Below, in pieces: positions 36,305 to 45,909 of a DNA stretch of 64,000 nt. Source of the DNA: Tabrizicola sp. (lineage in GTDB: Bacteria > Pseudomonadota > Alphaproteobacteria > Rhodobacterales > Rhodobacteraceae); assembly GCF_016793705.1 (NCBI RefSeq), contig NZ_JAEULO010000043.1:351-64350 (forward strand). Reading direction: 5' to 3'. The translations under genes and the position numbers were made by a program. Each line of letters opens with the position of its first letter. Within the stretch, counting starts at the first letter, position 1. The notes under the pieces were generated by a model. It searched no databases, was not told the DNA's origin, and worked only from the letters and a program-made list of their open reading frames with translations.

Positions 36305-37126
36305 CTATCCCGCCTTCCGCTTCGGCGCCTTCGAAACAGGCTGCCGGCCCTTCGCCGCCTTCGCGCTTTCGCGCAGCGCCGCCATAAGGTCGACCACCTT
36401 TTCGCGCTGTGGCTCTTTCCGGCGCGGCGGCGGGCGGCCTTCCAGCTTGGCCTTCACCAGATCGGCCAGGGCGGCATCGTAGCGGTCGTCGAAGGAGGAG
36501 GGATCGAAGTCGCCCAGCTTGGTGCCGATTATATGCTCGGCCAGGTCCAGCATCTCGCCCTGGATCTCGATCTTCGGAATGTCGGCGAAGGCCTTCTCGG
36601 CCGAGCGGACCTGGTAGTCGAAGTTCAGGGTGTTGGCGATGAAGCCTGCCCCCTGCGGCCGGATCAGCAGCGTGCGGAGACGGCGGAAAAGCACGGTGCG
36701 GGCGAGCGCCGCGACCTGCTTGCGCTCCATCCCCTCGCGCAAGAGCGCGAAGGCCTCGACCGAGGCGGGATCGGCGGGGGCAAGGTAATAGGGCCGGTCG
36801 AAGTAGAGCGTATCGATCTCGGCGCAGGACAGGAAGCTTTCGATGGGCAGGCTCTTGTCGGAGTCGGGGATGGTGGCGGCGATTTCCCCGGCCTCCAGAA
36901 GCACGTAGTCACCGCTGTCGACCTCGTAGCCCATGGCCTCGTCCTCGTCCGCCACGGGTTTGCCGGTTTCGGAATCGACCATCTCGTTGCGCAGCCGGTT
37001 GCCGGTGCGGCGGTTGACCATGTACAGGGCGACGCGGTCGGAGGTGGCGGCCGCAGTATAGAGCTTCACGCCGAAGGCGATCTCGCCCAGGCGCATCCGG
37101 CCCTTCCAGCTTGCCCGTGGCGCCAT
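36305..37126 (-). CDS. ku: NHEJ Ku protein (copy 2)
   Basis: MAPRASWKG; YFDRPYYLAP; VVDLMAALRES. Start re-assigned to 37126. Confidence 0.93.
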   Translation of the reverse strand: MAPRASWKGRMRLGEIAFGVKLYTAAATSDRVALYMVNRRTGNRLRNEMVDSETGKPVADEDEAMGYEVDSGDYVLLEAGEIAATIPDSDKSLPIESFLSCAEIDTLYFDRPYYLAPADPASVEAFALLREGMERKQVAALARTVLFRRLRTLLIRPQGAGFIANTLNFDYQVRSAEKAFADIPKIEIQGEMLDLAEHIIGTKLGDFDPSSFDDRYDAALADLVKAKLEGRPPPRRKEPQREKVVDLMAALRESAKAAKGRQPVSKAPKRKAG

Positions 37127-37177
37127 CTGCCCGTCTCCATTCCCGACCGCAAAGCACGCGGGTCCGACGGAGTCGTG

Positions 37178-37203
37178 AACCGCCGGGTGTGCGGTTCGGT
37201 TCC
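37178..37203 (-). promoter_or_regulatory. EcfG-type promoter for ku2-ligD
   Basis: GGAAC-N18-GTT on the minus strand. Confidence 0.72.
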
Positions 37204-37264
37204 CTTGCCATTCGCCGATCTGGGCTGATTGCCGCCGGCGTGTGGCCGCAGAGCCACTTGGGGC

Positions 37265-37289
37265 GGAACCGCATCTGCCGCCCGGCATT
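37265..37289 (+). promoter_or_regulatory. EcfG-type promoter for the sigma-factor gene (possible autoregulation)
   Basis: GGAAC-N16-CATT. Confidence 0.65.
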
Positions 37290-37318
37290 GACCCCGGCAT
37301 GCCCGATGGAGAGGCCCG

Positions 37319-37792
37319 ATGTCCGACGACGTGCTAAGCCATATCCCCGCCCTGCGCCTCTTTGCCCGGTCGCTCACGGGGCGCTACGGTGATGCGGATG
37401 ATCTGGTGCAGGACACCCTTGTCCGCGCGATTGCCAGCGCCGCCTCCTATTCCGCGGGGACCAACATGCGGGCCTGGTTGTTCACCATCATGCGCAACTG
37501 CTTCTACAACAACCGCGTGAAGCTGAACCGCGAACAGCCGGGGGCCGAGACCTGCGTCTCCGACACTCCATCGACGCCTGACAGCCAGTACTGGCACCTG
37601 CGCGGCCGCGAGGTCGAGGCGGCGCTGATGGCGCTGCCGCAGGCCTACCGCGAGGCGGTGATGCTGGTGCTGGTTACGGGCGAAAGCTACCAGTCCGCCG
37701 CGGACATTCTGGAGGTGGACATCGGCACGATCAAAAGCCGGATCAGCCGGGGACGGAAGCTGCTTCAGGTCGCGCTCGGCGAAGAGGTCTGA
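37319..37792 (+). CDS. ECF sigma factor, EcfG/RpoE2/SigT-like
   Basis: LRLFARSL, ADDLVQDTL, GTNMRAWLFTIMRN, GTIKSRISRGR. Confidence 0.85.
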   Translation: MSDDVLSHIPALRLFARSLTGRYGDADDLVQDTLVRAIASAASYSAGTNMRAWLFTIMRNCFYNNRVKLNREQPGAETCVSDTPSTPDSQYWHLRGREVEAALMALPQAYREAVMLVLVTGESYQSAADILEVDIGTIKSRISRGRKLLQVALGEEV

Positions 37793-37798
37793 GGCCTT

Positions 37799-37823
37799 GG
37801 AACATTCCCCGGCGCGGTGGGTT
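37799..37823 (+). promoter_or_regulatory. EcfG-type promoter
   Basis: GGAAC-N17-GTT. Confidence 0.75.
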
Positions 37824-37861
37824 TGTGGCAGCGAAGCCCCGCAAAACCACAGGAGACGAAG

Positions 37862-38359
37862 ATGAAGACCAAGACCCTCGAAGTGCTGTTCCACGAGACG
37901 CTGAAGGACATCTACTACGCCGAGCGGAAGATCCTGCGCGCGTTGCCGAAAATGGCGCGCGGGGCGCAGTCCCCGGAACTGCGCGCGGCCTTCGAGAAGC
38001 ACGAAGAGGAAACCCAGGGCCATGTCGAGCGCCTCCAGCAGGTCTTCGATCTGATCGGCAAACCGGCGCGCGGCAAGACCTGTCCGGCCATCGACGGCAT
38101 CATCGAAGAGGGCGAAGAGGCGCTTCAGGCCTTCGCTGACACCCCGGCGCTTGATGCCAGCCTTGTCGCCGCGGCCCAGGCGGTCGAGCATTACGAGATC
38201 GCCCGCTACGGCACCCTATGCCGCTGGGCGCAGGTCATGGGCCTGAAGGACGCCGCGAAGCTTCTGGAGCAGACCCTGCAAGAGGAAAGCATGACCGACG
38301 AGGTGCTGACCCGGATCGCGGACGGGTCGGTCAACCAGACGGCGCTGCAAGCGGCCTGA
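37862..38359 (+). CDS. yciF: Ferritin-like DUF892/YciF stress protein
   Basis: LKDIYYAE, HEEET, QAVEHYEIARYGTL; AGGAG RBS. Confidence 0.9.
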   Translation: MKTKTLEVLFHETLKDIYYAERKILRALPKMARGAQSPELRAAFEKHEEETQGHVERLQQVFDLIGKPARGKTCPAIDGIIEEGEEALQAFADTPALDASLVAAAQAVEHYEIARYGTLCRWAQVMGLKDAAKLLEQTLQEESMTDEVLTRIADGSVNQTALQAA

Positions 38360-38656
38360 CCTCCGGCTGCGCTCTGGAGTTGCTCCCTTTCCACAAGGCG
38401 CAGTCGGCGGGCGGTTCCGCTTCCCCCGGAGCCGCCCGTTTCCCGTTTCACCGAGGTGACCGATGCCTGGCCAAGATATGAACATTCACCAGGCCCACCT
38501 GCCAATGAGCGGCTTCATCAGCCGGAATGGCATCTCGTCAACCAGCGCCGGCAGCAGATTGACCCGGCGGGACAACAACACCCGTCCCGACAGCAACCGC
38601 AGGCGGCCGGGCGGCGGCGTCCAAAGGATAGAACCAGGCCAGAAGGATCCGACATC

Positions 38657-39514
38657 GTGACCGATCATCCCAAGCCCCCCTTTCCCGAACAGACCCAGGA
38701 CGCCCCTGGCAGCTTTGCCCCGATGCAGCCCCGCCCCGATCATGGCGAGACGACCTGGGTCGGCGCCGGACGCCTGCAAGGCCGCGTCGCGCTGATCACC
38801 GGGGCGGACAGCGGCATCGGCCGCGCCGTCGCCATCGCCTTCGCGCGGGAAGGGGCGGACATCGCGCTCTGCTTCCTGAACGAAACCGAAGACGCCGCCG
38901 ATACCGCGAGGCTGATTGAGGACGAAGGCCAGAGCTGCGTGAAGATAGCGGCCGACCTGTCCGACTCCGCCGAATGCCGCCGCGTCGTGCAGGAGGCCGT
39001 CAATACCTGGGGCCGGATCGACATCCTGGTGAACAACGCCGCGCATCAGACCGTCTGCGAAAGCTTCGAGGATCTCTCGGCGGCGGAATGGGACAAGACC
39101 TTTGCCATCAACATCGACGCGGTCTTCCACCTGTCGCAGGCCGCCGTGCCGCACATGGGCGCCGGAAGCTCGATCATCAACACCGCTTCGATCAATGCCG
39201 ACAAGCCGAACCCCACGCTTCTGGCCTATGCCACGACGAAGGGTGCGATCCAGAATTTCACCGCAGGCCTCGCCCAGCTTCTGGCAGACCGCGAGATCCG
39301 CGTGAATTGCGTGGCCCCCGGCCCGGTCTGGACCCCGCTGATCCCGTCCAGCATGACTGGCGAGAAGGTGGCGAAGTTTGGCCAGGACAGCCCGATGAAA
39401 CGCCCAGCTCAGCCCGTCGAGCTGGCCTCGGCCTATGTGATGCTTGCCGAGCCGATGTCCAGTTATGTCTCCGGCGCGACCATCGCCGTCACCGGTGGCG
39501 CGCCGATGCTTTGA
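38657..39514 (+). CDS. Classical SDR oxidoreductase (YghA-type general-stress SDR)
   Basis: TGADSGIG, YATTK, NCVAPGPVWTPL. Probable GTG start at 38657. Confidence 0.88.
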   Translation: MTDHPKPPFPEQTQDAPGSFAPMQPRPDHGETTWVGAGRLQGRVALITGADSGIGRAVAIAFAREGADIALCFLNETEDAADTARLIEDEGQSCVKIAADLSDSAECRRVVQEAVNTWGRIDILVNNAAHQTVCESFEDLSAAEWDKTFAINIDAVFHLSQAAVPHMGAGSSIINTASINADKPNPTLLAYATTKGAIQNFTAGLAQLLADREIRVNCVAPGPVWTPLIPSSMTGEKVAKFGQDSPMKRPAQPVELASAYVMLAEPMSSYVSGATIAVTGGAPML

Positions 39515-39520
39515 CGCATC

Positions 39521-39545
39521 GGAACAATCGACGCGCTTCCCGGTT
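39521..39545 (+). promoter_or_regulatory. EcfG-type promoter
   Basis: GGAAC-N17-GTT. Confidence 0.75.
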
Positions 39546-39586
39546 GAGCTGTCTGCACGTCCCTTGCGACAGAAAGGACTTCTACC

Positions 39587-39904
39587 ATGACCGATCTACC
39601 CCCAAGGACAACGCCTGGTACCGATGGCCGCCGCGTCCCGGAGACGCGCTATTCGCAATCCAGCATGTGGATCGTCCTGCTGATTCTTGCGGCAGTCATC
39701 ATTGCCGCGGTGGTCTTCAGCATGAACCGCTCCGGCAGCGTGGTCGACCAGACGGTGATCGAACCAGCCGCCGATACTCCCGCCGTCACCGAAACGGCCC
39801 CCGCGACCGGTGCCGGGACGGGCACCGAACCAGCGCCGATGCCGGAGAGCGGGGAAACCGCGCCAGCCACTCCGGCTCCGGCCACCGATACGACCGCGCC
39901 GTAA
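39587..39904 (+). CDS. Small single-TM protein with a P/A/T-rich tail
   Basis: AAAGGA RBS; WIVLLILAAVIIAAVVF. Confidence 0.78.
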   Translation: MTDLPPRTTPGTDGRRVPETRYSQSSMWIVLLILAAVIIAAVVFSMNRSGSVVDQTVIEPAADTPAVTETAPATGAGTGTEPAPMPESGETAPATPAPATDTTAP

Positions 39905-39923
39905 CTCCCGCCTGACAATCGCG

Positions 39924-39956
39924 CAAAGGCCGCCCCATTGCCCGGGACGGCCTTTG
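39924..39956. terminator. Bidirectional hairpin
   Basis: CAAAGGCCG...CGGCCTTTG between convergent genes. Confidence 0.65.
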
Positions 39957-40007
39957 TCCGTGGTTTCTCCGCTGCGTGCGCCCTTAGGCATGACGTTGAA
40001 CCTGGCG

Positions 40008-40526
40008 TCAGAGATCGACCTCGCCGCGTGTCCCGAGATCGGGTGACTGTTTGCGAACGGCGCCCTTGACCAAGCTCGCAAGCCCGGCCAAGAGACCGGG
40101 GCCATCCCAGATGTCGACATGGCCGGGGTCTATGACCAGTGTCACCACGTCATGCGCCTCCGGACCGTTCGGCCAGAAGACCTCGGCCCCCGGATTCCAC
40201 AGATCCTTGACCAGCTCCTTGTCCGGATTCACCGTCGCGCGGCCCTGCAAGGCCAGATGGTCGCCCTTGCCCTGGTAGGACAGGAAGACCGAGGCCTCGG
40301 CCTCTATCTCTCGTGCTGCAGAGGAGTTCGCTTCGGTCAGGATGTAGATGACACCTTTGTCCAGCGCGGGAATGGTCGACATCGGTCGACCTCGCAGCCC
40401 TTCTGCCGAGCCGGTCACCAGCATGGCGATGTCGATCGCCTTCAGCATCTCCCATACCCTTTCGGCAGGAATTGTCTGCACTGGCGAGGGATTCGGCGTG
40501 TCGGGGTGGTCTGAAACAAGGGCCAT
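40008..40526 (-). CDS. General stress protein (pyridoxamine-5'-phosphate oxidase-like, FMN-binding split barrel)
   Basis: DIAMLVT, LRGRPM, DLWNPGAEVFWPNG. Confidence 0.85.
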   Translation of the reverse strand: MALVSDHPDTPNPSPVQTIPAERVWEMLKAIDIAMLVTGSAEGLRGRPMSTIPALDKGVIYILTEANSSAAREIEAEASVFLSYQGKGDHLALQGRATVNPDKELVKDLWNPGAEVFWPNGPEAHDVVTLVIDPGHVDIWDGPGLLAGLASLVKGAVRKQSPDLGTRGEVDL

Positions 40527-40575
40527 TGAACTGTCCTTTGCTGTGCCACCGCAGCGGCAGTGAATCGCCCAGTCA

Positions 40576-40601
40576 AACGTCCGGTAGCGGGTTTCGGTTC
40601 C
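40576..40601 (-). promoter_or_regulatory. EcfG-type promoter
   Basis: Perfect GGAAC-N17-CGTT on the minus strand. Confidence 0.8.
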
Positions 40602-40689
40602 CGGCTCGTTGCCGACCCCGTCTTGTATGTCACGTGATCATTTCAGCCCGGCTCGTCTGAGACCCTTGCGCGGGGAAGGGTTCGATCCA

Positions 40690-41715
40690 TCAGCGTTGAG
40701 GGATGTTTTCACGAAGGATGATCCGTGGCTCGATGTTCTTCAGCAGAAGATGCGGGGCGGTGGTGGCGATCGCTCCCAAAAGGCGGATGACCGCTTGTTC
40801 GCCCACCAGCTGCACATTCTGGTCGATGACCACATCGATCACTCCGTCTGCAAGCCAGGCATGGGTGCGGTCGGTCAAGTCGTGCATGACGACAACAGGG
40901 CGGCGCGGGGGCCGGACCTCCTCCAGCGCGGCGACGATCCCCGTGCGTCCGGCGCCCACGCAATAGACGCCCGCAAGGTCTGGGGTGCCGCGCAAGAGCT
41001 GGGTCATCGCCACGCGGGTACGGTCACTGCGCTCGCCTGTCTCGATGGGAGGCAACAAGGACAGCGAGGGGAAATCGCGTTCCAGGACGGCGCGAAATCC
41101 GGTCTCGCGGCCCTGATGGCCATCATAGGCGCGCGACCCCATGAAAAGCCCGATGGCTCCGCCAGCGCTGCCTGCCATACGCCCCATCAGCAGCGCCGCC
41201 GTGCGTCCCGCGACGGTGTTGTCGACGCCCACGTAGGCCGAGCGGCCCGAGTCCGGGACGTCGGAGGCAATCGTCACGACCCGCACTCCGGCCTCGCAGA
41301 CGCGGCGGATCGCTTCACGCGATCTTGGGTGGTCGGCGGCGACGAGACCGATGCCGCTGGTGCGCAGGCCAACCGTTTCCAGCGCGGGCAGCAGGGATTC
41401 CGGCCCGAACCCGTCCAGCGTGCGAATATTGCACGAGGCGACCAGCGGGACCGTCGCCGCAAAGCGCCGGATGCCGTTGACCAGTTCGCCCATGAAGCCG
41501 TTCTGCACCATCGGAATGAAGAATTCGAGATGCACGGGACGCGACGGCAGCGTGACCATTCCCTCGACGGGAAGGTAGCCAAGGTCGCGCGCCGCCTGCA
41601 TCACACGATGGCGATTGGCCGCGGCCACTCCGGCGCGACCGTTCAGCACCCGGTCGACCGTCGCGGTCGAAACCCCGGCGCGTCTGGCGATGTCGACGAT
41701 GGTGGACCGGCCCAT
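40690..41715 (-). CDS. LacI-family transcriptional regulator
   Basis: TIVDIARRAGVSTATVDRVLNGR HTH; divergent from the ABC operon. Start re-assigned. Confidence 0.92.
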   Translation of the reverse strand: MGRSTIVDIARRAGVSTATVDRVLNGRAGVAAANRHRVMQAARDLGYLPVEGMVTLPSRPVHLEFFIPMVQNGFMGELVNGIRRFAATVPLVASCNIRTLDGFGPESLLPALETVGLRTSGIGLVAADHPRSREAIRRVCEAGVRVVTIASDVPDSGRSAYVGVDNTVAGRTAALLMGRMAGSAGGAIGLFMGSRAYDGHQGRETGFRAVLERDFPSLSLLPPIETGERSDRTRVAMTQLLRGTPDLAGVYCVGAGRTGIVAALEEVRPPRRPVVVMHDLTDRTHAWLADGVIDVVIDQNVQLVGEQAVIRLLGAIATTAPHLLLKNIEPRIILRENIPQR

Positions 41716-42031
41716 GCGCGGCAGCCTAGAGCCGGATGGGCGGGCTGTCACGGCATTGCTGATGGAATCTGATGTGAACTGCGGTTGCGGCAATCTGTCG
41801 CATCGCCCAAGCTGACCCCATCCGGCGTGGCCTCGTTCAGACGGGCCGCACCGGAAAGCGGCTGCTTCAGGAGGGATGCAGGCCGACTGCCCGACCAGAG
41901 CAAGAACGAGACTGCGACGCGAATTTCGCTGCGGCCCCGATGGGTGGCAAGCTGTCGTGCCGCTGAGAGAACGACCGGCCTGGCCGGAAACCGGGTCAGA
42001 CGACCCAAGGGTCACAAGGAGGAAACCCACG

Positions 42032-42961
42032 ATGATCAAGACGTTGCTTGGCGCCGCCGCTGCGCTTGCCCTGACCGCCGGTCTCGCCGCGGCCGAGGGC
42101 AAGACCTTTTACTGGGTGTCGCATGGCGGCCCGGCCGACCCGGTCTGGACCTATTTCCTGCAAGGCGCCGAGGCCTATGCCAAGACCTCCGGCAACACCG
42201 TCAACACCTCCTTCCACTCGGGCGATGTCCCGAGCCAGCAGGAAGCCGTGCGCGCGGCCATCGCGGCAGGGGCCGACGGCATCTGCTCGACCAGCCCCGA
42301 CCCGGGCTCGATGGTCGATGTGGTGGCCGAGGCCCGGGCTGCGGGTATCCCGATCATCAACTTCAACACCTCGGATTCTGCGCCGAACTGGAATGCCTAT
42401 GTGGGCGGCGACCTGAAGGCCGTGGGCAAGGCCTGGGCGCAGTATCTGGTGGATCATGAGCTGGTGAAGGCTGGCGACTTCGTCTGGATGCCGGTCGAAG
42501 TACCGGGCGCCTCCTACGGCGTTGAGGAGGAAGCCGGGATCAAGGAGGTCTTCGAGCCTCTGGGCATCACCTGGGAAGTCACCGACGCGACGCTGGACCA
42601 GGCCGAGGTGATCACCCGGATGACCGACTACGTCACCGCCAACCGCGACAAGATCAAGGCGATGATCGGCCTTGGCGACATGGTGACCGGATCGGTCAAG
42701 CGGGTCTGGGATCAGGCGGGCGTGCAGCCCGGTGAAATCCCGGTGGTCGGCTGGGGCAACTCGCTCGACACCACGCAAGAGGTGATGGACGGCTATGTAA
42801 ATGCCGGCATGTGGCAGGATCCGCAGGCCACATCGTATCTCTGCCTTTCGGCGCTGCAGATGGAAGGCGACGGCATTCCGCTTGGCTTCAACATCATCAC
42901 TGGCGCGCTCTACGAAAAGGATACGGCGCCGGTCTATTCCAAGATCATGGGCGGCAACTGA
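42032..42961 (+). CDS. Sugar/polyol ABC substrate-binding protein
   Basis: Signal peptide; type I periplasmic binding fold motifs; AGGAGG RBS. Confidence 0.88.
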   Translation: MIKTLLGAAAALALTAGLAAAEGKTFYWVSHGGPADPVWTYFLQGAEAYAKTSGNTVNTSFHSGDVPSQQEAVRAAIAAGADGICSTSPDPGSMVDVVAEARAAGIPIINFNTSDSAPNWNAYVGGDLKAVGKAWAQYLVDHELVKAGDFVWMPVEVPGASYGVEEEAGIKEVFEPLGITWEVTDATLDQAEVITRMTDYVTANRDKIKAMIGLGDMVTGSVKRVWDQAGVQPGEIPVVGWGNSLDTTQEVMDGYVNAGMWQDPQATSYLCLSALQMEGDGIPLGFNIITGALYEKDTAPVYSKIMGGN

Positions 42962-43054
42962 CGCAGGGTTCCTGCACAGTCGGACCGTGACCTTGCCGAA
43001 ACCGCCCGCAGCGATTGCGGGCGGCCCCGGCATCCCTTTCCCCGAGGAACCAGA

Positions 43055-44074
43055 ATGTCCAACCCGTCAACGGTTTCAGCCGTCCATCCCGCCGAGCCGG
43101 GTATCCTGAAGCGCTTCATCGCCAAGCCGGAGTTCGGGCCGCTTGTGCTTCTGGTGGCGATGGTTGTCGTCTTCACCGCGATCAACCCGACGTTCATGTC
43201 ACTGAACAACATCGGCAACGCCCTGACCTTCACCGTCGAGCTGGGGCTGATCGCGCTGGCGATGACGCTTCTGATGACGGCGGGCGAATTCGACCTGTCG
43301 GTTGGGTCGGTCTTCGGATTTGCGCCGGTGGTGATGTGGGCCTTCTTCAACGCCGGGCTGATGCCCCTGCCCGCAGCCTTTCTGGTGGCCATGCTGATCG
43401 CGCTGGGGATCGGGCTTTTCTCCGGCCTCTTCGTCACCCGGCTGGGCATTCCGTCCTTCCTCGTTACGCTGGGGATGCTGCTGGTCGTGCGCGGCGCGGC
43501 CCTTTGGCTGACCTCGGGCTTCCCGCAGCGCACCTGGGACGCGGGCGACCAGTGGCTTGCCAAGCTTCTGGTCGGTGACTTCTACGTGGGCGGTCTGCGC
43601 ATCTACATGAGCCTGATCTGGTTCATCGTCCTGGCGGTGATCTTCCACTACGTCCTGACCCGCACCAGGTTCGGCAACTGGACCCAGGCGACGGGCGGCA
43701 ATCCTGGTGCTGCGCGCAACCGGGGCGTGCCGATCCAGCGGGTCAAGGTGATCCTGTTCATGCTCTCCTCGGCCATGGCGGCGCTGGCCGGGATCATCTC
43801 GTCCATCCGGGTCTCGGCGGCGAACCCGAACTCCGGCACCGGCTACGAGCTGGAGGTCATCGCCATGGTGGTGATCGGCGGCACGGTGCTGACCGGCGGG
43901 CGCGGCACGATCATCGGCACGGTTCTGGGGGTGCTGATCCTGAGGCTGATGCGCAATGGCATCGTCCTGATCGGGGTTCCCGGGCTGGCCTACAACATCT
44001 TCATCGGTGCGATCATCCTGGGGATGATGGCGCTTCATGCCGCGCTGGAACGCCGGCACAACGCGGGGACCTGA
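43055..44074 (+). CDS. Sugar ABC permease (RbsC-like)
   Basis: GEFDLSVGS, IPSFLVTLG, ELEVIAMVVIGGT. Confidence 0.92.
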   Translation: MSNPSTVSAVHPAEPGILKRFIAKPEFGPLVLLVAMVVVFTAINPTFMSLNNIGNALTFTVELGLIALAMTLLMTAGEFDLSVGSVFGFAPVVMWAFFNAGLMPLPAAFLVAMLIALGIGLFSGLFVTRLGIPSFLVTLGMLLVVRGAALWLTSGFPQRTWDAGDQWLAKLLVGDFYVGGLRIYMSLIWFIVLAVIFHYVLTRTRFGNWTQATGGNPGAARNRGVPIQRVKVILFMLSSAMAALAGIISSIRVSAANPNSGTGYELEVIAMVVIGGTVLTGGRGTIIGTVLGVLILRLMRNGIVLIGVPGLAYNIFIGAIILGMMALHAALERRHNAGT

Positions 44075-44076
44075 GC

Positions 44077-44829
44077 ATGAGCGACGAATCTCTTGTCGAG
44101 ATGCGGCATATCGAAAAGTCCTATGGCCGCGTCCATGCCTTGCGCGACGTGAACCTGACGATCCGGAGGGGCGAGATCGTCGGCCTTCTGGGCGACAACG
44201 GCGCCGGGAAATCCACGCTGATCAAGGTGCTTTCGGGTGCGGTGCCCTATACGTCGGGTGAGATCCGCATCAAGGGCAAGCCGGTCAGGATGACCTCGAC
44301 CAACGATGCCATTGCTGCGGGGATCGAGACGATCTACCAGGATTCGGCGCTGGTGCCTCAGCTTTCCATCGCGCGGAACCTGTTCTTGGGGCGCGAGCTG
44401 ACCTCGGGCCATCTGGGGCGACTGGACCTCGACCGGATGAATGAGGTCGCGGCGGACCTGTTGAAGCGGGTGGGCATCTCGAAGAACATCCCGCCCACCA
44501 CGCCCATCGGCTCGCTGTCGGGTGGCGAGCGGCAGGCGGTGGCCATCGCCCGCGCAATGTATTTCGACAGCGACCTGATCATCCTGGACGAGCCGACCAA
44601 CAACCTGGGTGTGGCCGAGACCCAGGGCGTCCTCCGCTTCGTCCGCGAGGCGCGGGACACCGGGCATTCCTGCATCTTCATCGCCCACAACATCCACCAC
44701 GTCTTCCAGGTGGTGGACCGCATGGTGGTGATGCGGCGGGGGACGGTCGTGGCGGATGACCTGAGCCCGAAAACCTCTTCGATCCAGGATGTCGAGGACG
44801 TGATCACCGGGGACCATATCCTCGTCTGA
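44077..44829 (+). CDS. Sugar ABC ATPase (single domain)
   Basis: GDNGAGKST, LSGGERQ, LDEPT. Confidence 0.92.
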   Translation: MSDESLVEMRHIEKSYGRVHALRDVNLTIRRGEIVGLLGDNGAGKSTLIKVLSGAVPYTSGEIRIKGKPVRMTSTNDAIAAGIETIYQDSALVPQLSIARNLFLGRELTSGHLGRLDLDRMNEVAADLLKRVGISKNIPPTTPIGSLSGGERQAVAIARAMYFDSDLIILDEPTNNLGVAETQGVLRFVREARDTGHSCIFIAHNIHHVFQVVDRMVVMRRGTVVADDLSPKTSSIQDVEDVITGDHILV

Positions 44830-44876
44830 GATTGCTTTGATTGGCCGAGGTGGTCCGCCAGCGGAAAGGAGAAGAC

Positions 44877-45905
44877 ATGCGCGCGCTCTACGATCCTGCT
44901 CCCCGCGCGACGGACGAGATCTTCTCGCCCGAAGAGCTTGCCGTTCTGCGGTCGCGCTACGAGGTGACGGAGTGGCAGGGCGAGGATCGGGAGGCCTTCT
45001 ATGCAGAGCACTTGCCGAAGACCGAAATCCTGATCTCGCAGCAGCCGATGGAGTCGGGGCGGCTGGCAATGGCGCCGAAGCTGCGGGCGATCTTCAACGT
45101 CGAGACAAACTTCCTGCCGAACGTGGACTATGCCGAATGCTTCCGGCGCGGCATCCACGTCCTTGCCCCCGGCGCGGTCTTCGCCGCCCCGGTGGCCGAG
45201 ATGGCGCTTGGCATGGCGCTGTCGCTGGCGCGGAACATTCACGGCGAACACGCGGCCTTCCTGACGGGGCAGGAGAAGTGGTTGTTCGAGGGCAACAAGC
45301 AGTCCGAGCTTCTGGCAGGATCAACGGTCGGGATCATCGGCTTTGGTGATCTGGGCCGGTCGCTTTACCGCCTGCTCGCGCCCTTCGGCTGCCGGGTGCA
45401 GGTGTTCGACCCCTGGCTGCCGCACGGTCATCTGAAGCGGCTTGGGGTGGAGCCGGTCGGCTTCGATGCACTGATGGCGGGCAACCGCTTCGTCTTCGTC
45501 ATGGCCACGATCACCACCGACAATGCCGGGATGATCGACTCACGGGCGCTGGGCCTGATGCAGCCCGGCGCAATGCTTCTGCTGATGTCACGCGCGGCAG
45601 CGGCCGATTTCGGTGCGTTGGCCGAAGCGGCTGCCTCGGGGCGCATCCGGGTGGCGACGGACGTCTTCCCGGTCGAGCCGCTGCCCAAGGACGACCCGAT
45701 CCGGGCCGTGCCGAATATGCTCTTTTCGCCCCACCGGGCCGGGGCGCTGACCTTCGCCCTGCGCGAGATCGGGACGCGGGTGCTGGAGGACATGGACCTC
45801 ATCGCCCGCGGCCTGCCGCCGGTCGCCTGCCGCCGTGCCGAGCCCGAGACGGTGGCCCGCATGCGCTCGATGCCCGTCGCCGCCACGCCAGACGAAAAGG
45901 GCTGA
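44877..45905 (+). CDS. D-isomer-specific 2-hydroxyacid dehydrogenase
   Basis: GIIGFGDLG, SR, DVFPVEP, SPHRAG. Confidence 0.85.
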   Translation: MRALYDPAPRATDEIFSPEELAVLRSRYEVTEWQGEDREAFYAEHLPKTEILISQQPMESGRLAMAPKLRAIFNVETNFLPNVDYAECFRRGIHVLAPGAVFAAPVAEMALGMALSLARNIHGEHAAFLTGQEKWLFEGNKQSELLAGSTVGIIGFGDLGRSLYRLLAPFGCRVQVFDPWLPHGHLKRLGVEPVGFDALMAGNRFVFVMATITTDNAGMIDSRALGLMQPGAMLLLMSRAAAADFGALAEAAASGRIRVATDVFPVEPLPKDDPIRAVPNMLFSPHRAGALTFALREIGTRVLEDMDLIARGLPPVACRRAEPETVARMRSMPVAATPDEKG

Positions 45906-45909
45906 GGCG

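Noticed and set aside
38360-38656. Short ORFs between yciF and the SDR
   Set aside because: No RBS, motif or promoter support; only a probable hairpin near 38406-38438.
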